Shown piece after piece: positions 22,201 to 31,625 of a DNA stretch of 64,000 bases (position 1 is its first letter; each line of letters starts with the position of its first letter). Location of the stretch: IMG/VR virus record IMGVR_UViG_3300025879_000013; one strand, 5' to 3'. The translations under genes were made by a program, and so were the position numbers. The stretch comes from an uncultured virus (IMG/VR IMGVR_UViG_3300025879_000013). Lineage: Duplodnaviria; Heunggongvirae; Uroviricota; Caudoviricetes. A model generated the notes under the pieces. It made no database searches, was not told the origin of the DNA, and saw nothing but the letters and a program-made list of their open reading frames with translations.

Positions 22201-24204
22201 ATTAGACCAAATGTCTGTTGGTTGAAGACCGTCAAAACCTGAATATAACATACCTGACATTTCTTTAACAACATCCACACCTGATTGGTCAGGCGTACAA
22301 GTATCAACAAAATCAATATCATATGAACCTATATTTGAGACATCAGATAATGATGAAGTATTACCTCTTTGTGATGGGTCATCCTTTACAGAATTAAGAG
22401 TATCATTCGATGTTGGTTCGTCTAATGATGATACATCACACTGACAAGCCTCACAATCAGGATAAACAATCATCGGTAGCGTCAACTCCTTAAATGGATT
22501 TTCTTTAGGTAGTGGAGTAAGGGGGGTTGTCTCACAGTCTTCTTTCTTTTGTTTTGTAGAAAGCCAGGCAACCACACGACAAACATTATAAACTATTTTA
22601 TTATATAACCAAATAAAGGCATTTATTAAAGCTCTAAGAACTGGATATATTAATGCTAAGACATGCATTAATGGTATAATTACAAGAATAATTGGTGTTA
22701 CTATGTTAAGTAATATTGTAAATACAAAGTATAAAAAATCGAAGTTTCTTTGAGCATCGTTCGTAGGAAAACGATTATTTTCACTCATACAAGCCCTATC
22801 GGTTATCTCTTTAATACCATAATGAGAAGCTCTATTATAACCCCACTTAAATCTATCAATATGAGATGCAGGTGTATAAACTTTATTATAATTAAACAAA
22901 TAAAAAGTATCTTCACATTTAATAGCAGCGTCTTTATCCGCATAATCAGACCAATCTAAAGAAAAGGCATATGACTTATTAAATGCATCGTCAGTAATTG
23001 GGACACTACTATTACTAGAAGGATTTTTATCCCAATGTTCTCGAATATTGGGTAATAAATAATTACCTCTCATTATTGGTGCTTGTAAAGCCCCTTCATT
23101 CTGCCACTTAACTTTGAATCTATATTTACTCTGAGTTGGAATACCGACTTTTGGGTCATTAGATATTACTCTCTCACCAAACTCATTAGTAGTTACAAAT
23201 GATAAGTTCATAGGTAAATCAACTAACCAAGTTCCGTTGTCATCTATAACTTCCCCACCATCTTCTAAAAAATATTCTTCAATGATTGGGTCCCCATTAC
23301 TATCTTCTTCTATTGTTTGTCTAAGAGCCAATATAGTACCAGGCCCTGTAACAGTATCACAAAGATTACCTGTATCTTTTTTAGGTCTACAACTAGCCTT
23401 AATATAATCATCCTCATTTGATGAGAATATGGAACCCATAAATGTCGCGTGTGGAGTAATTTCAATACCTAGTTCTCTCAAATCAAAATCCGCACGTGTA
23501 ATGCCAACGTCACAAGTGTCATCAGCACCCCAAAATGAAGAAACGTCAATATCTTTAACCTCATGTAAAATTTGAGGTAGTGAATCAATATTTTCCGAGT
23601 TCTTGAATAACTGACCATTAAACTGAGATGGGACACCCTGTCCCATTCTAATAAGGTCTGATGGTCTTAATGAGAATTCTCCCATGTTAGATAAATCTAA
23701 ATCCATTACTAATTTTTGAGAACCTAACGGAACACCGACAATCATAAAATCACCAGCTTCATTTGTTCTTACAGAATATTTGTAGTATTTTTCATAAACA
23801 TGTAAAACTTCCTTTCGAGTTAATACATCTTCGGCAGTAGGAAAAGTTCCTGTAGCTGTGTGACCATAATATTCATTTTGATATGGTAATAGATTGTATC
23901 TATAACCATCCTCATTTTTACCTTCAGGTGATTTATATGGATATAATGTTGATATAACGGGGTCGTTTTCGTCAATTTGGTCTATTGGTATAAAAATTGA
24001 AATGTGTGCGTTTGGGACACCCACACCACCATTAGCAATTACACGACCAACTACAACACCATAATCGGCACAGAATTGTGTATACAAATCTTCTTGTCTT
24101 AATTTTAAAGACAGTATCTCTAACGAATCGAAATCTTGGTCTATTTTTACGTTGATGTTTCTATCGACACCAGGTTCAGTTCTAATTCTGATAGATTTTG
24201 GCAT
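19255..24204 (-). CDS. Large baseplate-cluster protein (1649 aa) with N-terminal carboxypeptidase-regulatory-like domain and an internal hydrophobic segment
   Basis: GVVVGRVIANGGVGVPNAHISI...RTNEAGDFMIVGVPLG; hydrophobic stretch at about 22560-22745. Confidence 0.6.
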   Translation of the reverse strand: MPKSIRIRTEPGVDRNINVKIDQDFDSLEILSLKLRQEDLYTQFCADYGVVVGRVIANGGVGVPNAHISIFIPIDQIDENDPVISTLYPYKSPEGKNEDGYRYNLLPYQNEYYGHTATGTFPTAEDVLTRKEVLHVYEKYYKYSVRTNEAGDFMIVGVPLGSQKLVMDLDLSNMGEFSLRPSDLIRMGQGVPSQFNGQLFKNSENIDSLPQILHEVKDIDVSSFWGADDTCDVGITRADFDLRELGIEITPHATFMGSIFSSNEDDYIKASCRPKKDTGNLCDTVTGPGTILALRQTIEEDSNGDPIIEEYFLEDGGEVIDDNGTWLVDLPMNLSFVTTNEFGERVISNDPKVGIPTQSKYRFKVKWQNEGALQAPIMRGNYLLPNIREHWDKNPSSNSSVPITDDAFNKSYAFSLDWSDYADKDAAIKCEDTFYLFNYNKVYTPASHIDRFKWGYNRASHYGIKEITDRACMSENNRFPTNDAQRNFDFLYFVFTILLNIVTPIILVIIPLMHVLALIYPVLRALINAFIWLYNKIVYNVCRVVAWLSTKQKKEDCETTPLTPLPKENPFKELTLPMIVYPDCEACQCDVSSLDEPTSNDTLNSVKDDPSQRGNTSSLSDVSNIGSYDIDFVDTCTPDQSGVDVVKEMSGMLYSGFDGLQPTDIWSNWKYGGSNTNISGKFYKTPFNVNGRNPIPLTGQQPFNLIAPYDVSLPQSLNLMNQRGRYFDNYKPNRIKTQIVNDEHGPTTQNSTTNEFEDMPLILLLDSGSSFDDGQILTFTNLDELNDPNVTGFTGAATGATNQYGNQGITGTFTNNSSNYVTKQISYIDPNGNEQTVNLDLVSLASGYSYNFKSGVEYFQVITTKTLAEANTLLTNHGNSSSSILHKHINMVTRRGCGNGVLLSPPQKPIELYDDSDDLVLAFLVRGVDPYSPKQKIRYDLSELFGASYGINPNLQFEGEYSLNIPIQKVHNSFRNGSDSTPEYHYEFNSPTFDTRNNNATHSKLFHTSFLYTPDSSQFTSFTSKAPALYSSVGYNIASSLRPQSDGQTVANGLQIGPGIPQGRVDGASYQYSLVPPNGNVSPTSNMLTVSPSYRLMTGTPNTNMVDSSKIVFRSDRLPVSTGRDLPIDLIYANLQDFALHLNNNFEIYKVSDDGSVSGTYPTVGVGATDGSGNSQDLETPSGLASNGVLDSFTCAKMVVFDCYSGSGENFGVQKPCNGSSLLGSLFGGSPEDRVVNGCYVFVKDPLLVSIPSDWKFFFEWRTRIRFMFGVCRGIIGHLFQNNWVNGTLYMPSFQKRTFFDGNNQVRRYKFCGDPNQSAFGMFFSNREYRGPLYFNTDSNSFFYRSAPYWNGQFKPQSTDNGVFTSFVGNNAGQMWQPTTIMDLGPKTEFLKEIMLTPEFESFLVDTIKSTSYQDISGILNLFIISRLIDSNLIQQILGLGDASIQKLFSRQYDNSVSLGNRFFDSRVDGDYAQLISINSEYGVIPYIDGNYADSITVGEIIGIWFDSEEELRREMGPGQITIGSVVSEFNYVSSQEVPFYGWKTNGTTNLFGDEENKWITDKFITAKYQDETFDGLLTDYPYSVSTNKGYGYLYNESTTDPEFDAKANTNSAHSDYYRVGSPFYFYFGLKRGKSALNRFIKKFVIIQD

Positions 24205-24276
24205 AATTAGTTTTTAAGATAAATAGTTATTCATCATAATTTTAATTTGTTTTTTAGAAAAGTATATGGATATGAT

Positions 24277-26115
24277 TTACGAGAAATCTACATTTTTAAG
24301 AGACTTCGCCCTTACTTTGATATCTAACTCAGGAAAACGTATTTGATAAACCTGATTTGGTTGTGCAAATATAGTATCATCAATAAGCTGTATTTCCTTA
24401 GTTTCAGCATCTGAATATCTTTGGGATGTTTGTGAGTTAGAGTATCTGCCACCCACTTTATTAAATACTTTTAAGTCGGCTAAGCTAATAACACCAGGTA
24501 TGTCTTGAACGATTCTTCTAATGTCGGAAACATTTACATTATTACCCAACTGTTGTGTTTGTGGTGAAAAATAACTATTAACAGAATTAATTATATTGGT
24601 AATAACTTGTCCTTGGTTTTCAGTCGAATCCATTACCACCGAAAATTCAAATTCAATATCAACAACTTTAGCATTTGTAACAGATATGTAATCATTAATC
24701 ATTCTATAATGTGATAGATAATTAGCAATATTTTGCATCAAAGTGTTTGATACTGTTTCAGTTAACTTACCCTGAGTATCATAAGATAAAATTTCAATTT
24801 TAATCTTATTATCTTCTTCCGTGATTGATGCCTTTGCAGGTGCACCAAATCTACTTGGCATTGTTCTCACTAATGAATTGTAGTCATTAATTGTAACCGC
24901 TCTTTTCTGTGCCGCGAAGTTAAACGCAACCATATTTCTAACTTCTTCAGTTGTTGGTAAATCACCACCTCCAATAGCAGCAGTTACGTTTGTTGTTCGT
25001 AAACTTTGTCTTACATTTTGATTAATCGTATCGGATGGTCCATTAATATCAAATTTAGTTGTCCCAAATTGAGTAATCGTATCAACACCAACATTAGAAG
25101 CTTTACCACCACCAATTCTATATTGAACAAATAACGTTGTATTAGGTTTTACCGTTAAACCTAAAGCTATGTTGTTTTGATAATCTTGAATTCTTAATGG
25201 AACTCCTGTCCTTGCAAATTGTTCTAATTGGTCTTCAGCCGATGTCGTAGCACCCCCAAAAGTTAATTTACAATAACCCTCAGGTGTATACTCAGAAACA
25301 AATCTGTTTTCCGTTTCAATATACTTACCAACTTTAATACCTGGTTGGTCAGATGGTTTAGTCGGGTCTTCAACAAATATTTTTGATTCTGCCAATGCAT
25401 CAACTTCATACCATTTATCTACAGAATTTATAAACTCACCATAAGTTGGTGGTGATTGATAGTTTACCCCGTCTTTTTGAATAACTGATGTTATACTAAT
25501 AACATTCTTCTCAGGTAAGAAAAACTCATAGAATGGTCTTACATCACCATTATTAATTACTTTCTTAAATGTCTTCGTTAACCCGTTAACTACAACCTCT
25601 CTTTTAGTAATCGTATAATTTATAATGTTATTATTTGAATCAAAGTTTGGTATCTTGGTTCTGTTAGGGAATCCTTCACTGTTGTATTGTGAGCTAAAAT
25701 CAATATCGTTAGGGTTTTCAAAAACTTGTCCTCCACCTATAAATTGGGAACCTGCTCTCATAACACCTAAGTATCTTTCATCTTCTTGGTCACCTAACGC
25801 TGGAACTGTAATAGATAGGTCCACTAAAGCAATCGAAGGTCTATTTCCTGGTATCTTAAGACCGTAAGTTCTGGCTATGTTATATATTGAAGACTTTTGT
25901 TGTGCATATTGTAAAACCGTTTCCTGAATACTACGGTCCATATGATAATGTAAGTTGTCACCAATCGCAGCATTTAAATCCATAAATACTGAATAGATTG
26001 ACGCGTCGTTGAAGTTACCAATTAAATCGGGATAATATTGTTGAGTGTAATTGATTAACTCTTGCCTTAACGCCTGAAAGTCTCTGTCCGTGTATGATAT
26101 TTTACGATTTGCCAT
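24277..26115 (-). CDS. Baseplate wedge subunit, T4 gp6 / baseplate J-like
   Basis: N-terminal SYTDRDFQALRQELINY and AQKRAVTINDY motifs; follows the gp25-like gene. Confidence 0.85.
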   Translation of the reverse strand: MANRKISYTDRDFQALRQELINYTQQYYPDLIGNFNDASIYSVFMDLNAAIGDNLHYHMDRSIQETVLQYAQQKSSIYNIARTYGLKIPGNRPSIALVDLSITVPALGDQEDERYLGVMRAGSQFIGGGQVFENPNDIDFSSQYNSEGFPNRTKIPNFDSNNNIINYTITKREVVVNGLTKTFKKVINNGDVRPFYEFFLPEKNVISITSVIQKDGVNYQSPPTYGEFINSVDKWYEVDALAESKIFVEDPTKPSDQPGIKVGKYIETENRFVSEYTPEGYCKLTFGGATTSAEDQLEQFARTGVPLRIQDYQNNIALGLTVKPNTTLFVQYRIGGGKASNVGVDTITQFGTTKFDINGPSDTINQNVRQSLRTTNVTAAIGGGDLPTTEEVRNMVAFNFAAQKRAVTINDYNSLVRTMPSRFGAPAKASITEEDNKIKIEILSYDTQGKLTETVSNTLMQNIANYLSHYRMINDYISVTNAKVVDIEFEFSVVMDSTENQGQVITNIINSVNSYFSPQTQQLGNNVNVSDIRRIVQDIPGVISLADLKVFNKVGGRYSNSQTSQRYSDAETKEIQLIDDTIFAQPNQVYQIRFPELDIKVRAKSLKNVDFS

Positions 26116-26121
26116 ATATTA

Positions 26122-26583
26122 TTAAATATTTATAATTACGAAATCTCGTGATTCAAATGTTCCCGATTGTATTGTATAATCAATTCTTAATTTTGCGGTG
26201 TATTCTTCAGTCCCTCTACCGGGAATTTTAAACACTTGACCACCTAATTCCTCATAGTTAATCTCACCAGGTAATGGTTCACTTTCCAAATATGGCTCAA
26301 TAGTTATGTTGTTTATTTGTAGGTTAGGTATATACTTATCCACCGCTTGTCTCACATCGGCCTTAATTGAATCGAATGTGGGACCATCCATAGGCTCAAA
26401 AATAAATTCATATATTCTTGTTCCAAAGTCAGGTAAATAATACCTACTACCCTTTCTGGTTAGTATAAGATGTAACAAATCAGCCCTAACTTCCTCTTCG
26501 GATGTTTGAGTTAATCTAAGGTAGTCACCACGAGGACTATCCCTAAATGGGAAAAATACACCATATGTTTTACCGTTTGCCAT
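26122..26583 (-). CDS. Baseplate wedge gp25-like protein
   Basis: LLHLILTRKGSRYYLPDFGTRIYEFIFEP is a gp25/GPW signature. Confidence 0.9.
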   Translation of the reverse strand: MANGKTYGVFFPFRDSPRGDYLRLTQTSEEEVRADLLHLILTRKGSRYYLPDFGTRIYEFIFEPMDGPTFDSIKADVRQAVDKYIPNLQINNITIEPYLESEPLPGEINYEELGGQVFKIPGRGTEEYTAKLRIDYTIQSGTFESRDFVIINI

Positions 26584-26627
26584 ATCTGATAAATATAAAC
26601 ACAGATTATTTTATCTAAACCAATAAT

Positions 26628-26656
26628 AAAAAAGGTCAGACAATGTCTGACCTTTT
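26628..26656 (-). terminator. Intrinsic terminator after nrdA
   Basis: Minus strand AAAAGGTCAGA-CATTG-TCTGACCTTTTTT. Confidence 0.75.
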
Positions 26657-26712
26657 ACCTTCCTTAACCTCAGAAGTGATTATAATTTTTCATTACTTCT
26701 GTTTTTATTTAA

Positions 26713-28419
26713 TTATCCTTCACAAGCAACACATTGTAAATCATTCAAATTAAGTTTCTTTCTTGCGAAAGCCTGAGCCGAATTCATTGAGTGTTGATAA
26801 TAAAGTGTCTTTACACCTAATTGCCATGCATCTATAAGAAGTTTGTTAACATCCTTTGTCGGCATGTCAGGTGATATCATTAGATTTAGTGATTGTGATT
26901 GGTCAATATAGTCTTGACGAACCGCCGCTTGATTAATGATTGATGCTTGATTGATTTCCGCAAATGTTCTAAAAACATCTTTTTGTTCATCAGTCAAAAA
27001 GTCTAAGTGTTGAACTGAACCGTCTTTCTTTTTAATCGTATCCCAAACCTCTTTTGTATCTTTACCCATTTCAGATAGTAAATTCTTAAGAACAGGGTTT
27101 TTAATTGTTACTTTAAGTTTAGCCACATCTTTTACATAACAATTAGACCAAATAGGTTCAATAGACTGAGATACTTGACCTAAGATAAATGCTGATGAAG
27201 TTGTAGGTGCAATTGCGTTTAATGTAACATTTCTCCTACCATAACCTTTCAAATATTCAGGTTCACCAAACATTTCAGCCAATTCTTCTGATGCTTTGTA
27301 TGATTTTTCTTTAATGAGTTTAAACACTTCAACATTAAGTTTTGCCGTTTCTCTTGTATCAAACGGTAAGTTTTTAGACTGTAATAATGAGTGCCAACCC
27401 AATACACCTAAACCTAACGCTCTTTGACGTTTTGCAAAGTTATAAGCCTTTTCTAAGTAGAAGAATGCTCTTTTACCTTCAAGTGTTCCGTTATCTCTTA
27501 ACTCTTCGATTTTTGTTAAAAATTCGGTTACAACCGCATCTAAGAACATAGTCATAGTTTCAACCGCATCTGTATCTTTCCACTCATCATAGTGAAGAAC
27601 ATTCATCGATGATAATACACAAACAAACGATTCTTCTTCGGAATTATGAAGTGCAATTTCAGAACAAAGGTTTGAGTTATAAATCGTCGCACCTTTATCT
27701 TTATAAACATCCACAGTTTTATTGTTCATCGTATCATGGAACATAATATATGGATACCCAATCTCACCTCTCCTTTGAATGACTTTCGCCCATACCGCTC
27801 TTTTTTCATCATCACCAGCAATCATTTCTTTCATGAACTGGTCAGTTACAGTAACCGCGTGTGTTAAATCCTGAATTGAGAACCCTTCGGTTCCAATTTC
27901 TAAGAACTCCATAATATCAGGGTGTTCAACAGGTAAGTATGGTGAGAATCGTCCTCTACGTGTTGAGCCTTGTGAAATATTATCAACAACAGACTGAAAT
28001 AAGTTCATAAAATGAACTGAGCCAGGAGCATGTCCATTGTCTGTAATTTCAGCACCTCGACCACGAATATTACCGAAGTATCCTGATGTTCCACCACCCA
28101 TCTTACTCATTTCACCGACCTCAGCCTGTGTATATAAAATTGATTCGATGTTGTCACCGATATTTGAACCGAAGCAACTTACAGGTAAACCCCTCTTCTT
28201 TCCGAAGTTTGCCCATACAGGTGATGATAGTGAATACCATCCTTTACCCATATAGTTGTAGAATTTATCTGCAAACCCTTCAATACCTAATAACTTCTCA
28301 GCGTGTTCCGCTATTGTTCTAATCCTTACTAAAGGTTCTTCACCTTCACTCAAATACCCTCTACGAAGAAACGTAATCGATTCTTCATTAATCCAATCAA
28401 AAGGTTTTCTTTCTTTCAT
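26713..28419 (-). CDS. nrdA: Ribonucleotide reductase alpha subunit, short, no ATP cone
   Basis: PVSCF, NSNLCSEI (N-x-C-x-E), AIAPT, KTLYY and C-terminal CVAC. Confidence 0.95.
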   Translation of the reverse strand: MKERKPFDWINEESITFLRRGYLSEGEEPLVRIRTIAEHAEKLLGIEGFADKFYNYMGKGWYSLSSPVWANFGKKRGLPVSCFGSNIGDNIESILYTQAEVGEMSKMGGGTSGYFGNIRGRGAEITDNGHAPGSVHFMNLFQSVVDNISQGSTRRGRFSPYLPVEHPDIMEFLEIGTEGFSIQDLTHAVTVTDQFMKEMIAGDDEKRAVWAKVIQRRGEIGYPYIMFHDTMNNKTVDVYKDKGATIYNSNLCSEIALHNSEEESFVCVLSSMNVLHYDEWKDTDAVETMTMFLDAVVTEFLTKIEELRDNGTLEGKRAFFYLEKAYNFAKRQRALGLGVLGWHSLLQSKNLPFDTRETAKLNVEVFKLIKEKSYKASEELAEMFGEPEYLKGYGRRNVTLNAIAPTTSSAFILGQVSQSIEPIWSNCYVKDVAKLKVTIKNPVLKNLLSEMGKDTKEVWDTIKKKDGSVQHLDFLTDEQKDVFRTFAEINQASIINQAAVRQDYIDQSQSLNLMISPDMPTKDVNKLLIDAWQLGVKTLYYQHSMNSAQAFARKKLNLNDLQCVACEG

Positions 28420-28444
28420 ATTTTTTTGTTATTTTTTTCTTATT

Positions 28445-29725
28445 TTAAAATAAATCGTTAGATGTAATTGACTTAGACTTCTTACTGTAGTTAATACTTC
28501 TTTTATAGAAAAAGTCAGTATGTTTTGTTGTTAAGATTTCATCATCAAACCATTCAGTAGTTTCCAATAGTGTTTCATTAATTTCAAAAACACTATCAAC
28601 ACCAATAGAGTTTAATGATATATTAAATCTAAACTTAATAAACTCCATTGTTTGTGCTTTTGTCAAAAAGTCTAAATCACCTTTTTCAAAAATCCAATTC
28701 ACTATTTCAGTCTCAGCTTCATACGCCTCCATAGTTGATGCAATTAAGTCTTCAACCAATTGGTCAGTCCACCAGTGTGGGTTTTCTTGTTTGATAAGGT
28801 TAACCAAATCAAAACCAAACTCAGCGTGGATGTTCTCCTCTTTTGAGGTTGCTTCTACTGCGTTCGATATACCCTTCAACATATTCTTATGTTTGTTAAA
28901 AGACATGATAACTAAGAATTGCGAAAATAGTGATACATTCTCTACAAACATAGAAAATAAAACTACAGATTCAAAATAATCTCTGTTTTCCACTGATTTA
29001 GAGTTTGAAATAGATTTCTCTAAATACTTAATTCTTCTACGAATAGCAGGAACCTCAAGTAGATTTTCAAATTCTCCGTTTAGACCTAATAGTTGGATTA
29101 AGTGTGAATAAGCATCTGCATGTCTTACTTCAGATTCCGCAAATGTAGCACCAACGTTACCGATTTCAGGTTTTGGCATTCTTTTGTAAATGTCTCCCCA
29201 AAACGTTTTAACCGCAACTTCAATCTGAGAAATTGCTAACATTGCTCTTTCAACAGCGGTTTTTTCTTTTTCATTTAAGTGAACCTTAAAGTCTTGAATG
29301 TCTGATGTATAATTAAACTCAGTATGAACCCAGTATGAATGACGAATCGCATCCACATAATCGTTAAGATTAGGATAATCATAAGGTTTTAAATTTACTC
29401 TTTTTGAAAAAATATTTGGTTGATTCTTTGAGCGGTAAATAATGTATTCTTTAGCCACATCATTTAAACCGTTATCCATAAGTTTGTTTTCAACCATATC
29501 GTGTATTTCATCCACGTGAGGAACGTGGTCTTTGTTATTTCTAAAAATCGCCTTTGTAGAAATCCTGGCAATCTTTTCAGCCATTTCTTCATCAACTTTG
29601 TCAATACTTTCCATAGCTTTCAAAACCGCAATTTCAATCTTTTCTGTTTGAAACAGAACCTTATCACCACTTCTTTTGATGACATAACGAAGGTCTCTGT
29701 TTACCTGATTAGTTAAACTTTCCAT
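28445..29725 (-). CDS. nrdB: Ribonucleotide reductase beta subunit with N-terminal ATP cone (class Id / NrdBi-like)
   Basis: ATP cone YVIKRSG...EKI..AVLKAM...VDEIHDMVENKLM...VAKEYIIYR; ligand motifs QIEVAVK, ESEVRHADAY, VENVSLF, KEENIH. Confidence 0.95.
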   Translation of the reverse strand: MESLTNQVNRDLRYVIKRSGDKVLFQTEKIEIAVLKAMESIDKVDEEMAEKIARISTKAIFRNNKDHVPHVDEIHDMVENKLMDNGLNDVAKEYIIYRSKNQPNIFSKRVNLKPYDYPNLNDYVDAIRHSYWVHTEFNYTSDIQDFKVHLNEKEKTAVERAMLAISQIEVAVKTFWGDIYKRMPKPEIGNVGATFAESEVRHADAYSHLIQLLGLNGEFENLLEVPAIRRRIKYLEKSISNSKSVENRDYFESVVLFSMFVENVSLFSQFLVIMSFNKHKNMLKGISNAVEATSKEENIHAEFGFDLVNLIKQENPHWWTDQLVEDLIASTMEAYEAETEIVNWIFEKGDLDFLTKAQTMEFIKFRFNISLNSIGVDSVFEINETLLETTEWFDDEILTTKHTDFFYKRSINYSKKSKSITSNDLF

Positions 29726-29746
29726 ATTATACTCTTTAAAATTTTA

Positions 29747-31129
29747 TTAATTATTTGGAGTCTCCCTTTGTTTTCTTTTTTCTAACAACTCCTTGATACG
29801 TTCCTTGTTTTTCTCTTCTTTTTGTTCTTCTAAACCTAAGAAGGTAACACTAGAATCCGTATCGATTTCCATCATTTCGTTATCGAACTTACAATTTTCA
29901 AATACAACACCGTCTTTACCTATTCGGGATTTGGTAATAGCGATTGTTGCTAAGTTCATTTCTTTCTGTTGTAGGGATTTGGCAACAGAAATAATAACGT
30001 GACCAACTTGTGCTTTTTTAATTGAACCACCCATTTGGTCTGTTGTAACCACCTCTGATGAAATAGAGGAACGGTTACCTTGTGTTGCGGTCCAACCTAC
30101 AATGTCTAACTCGTGACACATAGATTCAAAACCTCTCATCACTGAACCTTCACTTTTCCATTCGTCACCTAAATTTCGGTCAGGGACGATACAATCAATA
30201 TAATCTAGCACCACCATATCGATTTTTGTTCCCTCAGCAATCATCTTACGAATCTGATTTTTAATCTGACTCATAGTTAATTGGTCAGAAGGTAACTTTT
30301 TCAATATAAGTCTGTTAGGTGCATTTTCTTTAATCTGTCTAACTTTATCCAATACTTCATCCTTATGTAAAGACAAATTGTCGGGAGCAATTTTAGTCCA
30401 CATAGTGAAGTGTTTTCTCTGAATAATTTTAGGGTTATCCTCGAAGAATATCTGTAAGACGTTATAACCTAAGTTAAAAGCGTTGTTTGAAATTTTACTT
30501 AAGACGGTTGTTTTACCAACACCTGTAGGCGCTAATATTACACCAATCTCACCTTTTGCTAACCCTCCCTTTAGAAGGTTATCTATACCAGTTATCCCCA
30601 TAGGAATAGGATGACGGAAATCATCATCCAACACCTCATCCAAATTAAAGAAAACATCTGCAGTTCCTGTGTCAACTTCACCAACTTGTAATGCTTCACG
30701 AACCATCTCCTCCAAGTGGTCATAAGACTCAAAATCACCTTTATCGATAATCTTTTGAGCCTTATTCATTACTTTCTGAAGTTCTTGTTGTTTACAGAAC
30801 TTTAAAGACTTCTCTTGAACGTACTGATGACCCTCATTTGAAGCTTCTTTTACTTGTTCTAACATATCCAAGACCATTTTTTGGGCCATTGGAGATGATA
30901 CTTCTGATTTTGTAATTTGTTCTAAAGTTGCGAATGAAGGAGCGTGTTCATATTTGTGATAATACTCCTTCGTCATCTGCATGATTAACTTAAAATATTG
31001 ATTGTCAAAGTATTTCGGTTCGAGAACATCTACAATAGAATTCGCAAAGTCTTTATATAAGACGATATTATTGAGAAGTTGTAATTGAAATGTGTTTCCG
31101 AGGTATCCAAAATTCTTTTCTTTTGACAT
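29747..31129 (-). CDS. Replicative DnaB-like helicase (T4 gp41-like)
   Basis: Walker A GEIGVILAPTGVGKT, VVLDYID, WTATQGNR. Confidence 0.9.
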   Translation of the reverse strand: MSKEKNFGYLGNTFQLQLLNNIVLYKDFANSIVDVLEPKYFDNQYFKLIMQMTKEYYHKYEHAPSFATLEQITKSEVSSPMAQKMVLDMLEQVKEASNEGHQYVQEKSLKFCKQQELQKVMNKAQKIIDKGDFESYDHLEEMVREALQVGEVDTGTADVFFNLDEVLDDDFRHPIPMGITGIDNLLKGGLAKGEIGVILAPTGVGKTTVLSKISNNAFNLGYNVLQIFFEDNPKIIQRKHFTMWTKIAPDNLSLHKDEVLDKVRQIKENAPNRLILKKLPSDQLTMSQIKNQIRKMIAEGTKIDMVVLDYIDCIVPDRNLGDEWKSEGSVMRGFESMCHELDIVGWTATQGNRSSISSEVVTTDQMGGSIKKAQVGHVIISVAKSLQQKEMNLATIAITKSRIGKDGVVFENCKFDNEMMEIDTDSSVTFLGLEEQKEEKNKERIKELLEKRKQRETPNN

Positions 31130-31172
31130 AATTTATTAAGCTTTAATCTTTGTGTGTAAAATATAAATATGG

Positions 31173-31625
31173 TTAAACTAGTTGATATTCGAGGTAAGTG
31201 TAATTTAAATTTTCTGTTGAGAAAATGTCAGTAAGGTCTCGAAGCAATTTTTTTAGGTGTGGGCGTACGTCCACAGTATATCTTGTCTTCGGAGGGTATA
31301 CTTTCGCATCCCAAATTCTATGACAAATTGTCTCATCACCAATACGAATATAGAAATTAAAATACTCAGGACCCTCCGTATTTGATGTGTCTAAAATTTC
31401 AGGATTTGAAATGATTTGATTTGCGTTTTCATTCATATAGTCTAACGCCTTACCTTTCAAATCTTGATGAATTTCTTCAGAAATAGATTTTACTAAATCA
31501 TGAAGTTCCATACTTGCCCGTGCTTTAGGATTATACCCTTTAACATTGAAGTATCTTTGAACCACAATGTTTTCATTAAGTTTCAGTAAGAACTCTAGTT
31601 TTGTTGCATCATTATTTTCTTTCAT
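31173..31625 (-). CDS. Hypothetical protein (150 aa) in the replication operon
   Basis: Overlaps the exonuclease stop codon (ATGA). Confidence 0.65.
   Translation of the reverse strand: MKENNDATKLEFLLKLNENIVVQRYFNVKGYNPKARASMELHDLVKSISEEIHQDLKGKALDYMNENANQIISNPEILDTSNTEGPEYFNFYIRIGDETICHRIWDAKVYPPKTRYTVDVRPHLKKLLRDLTDIFSTENLNYTYLEYQLV

Noticed and set aside
26713..31129. Introns or inteins in nrdA, nrdB or the helicase
   Set aside because: ORFs are uninterrupted and of normal or short length, with no intein motifs seen.
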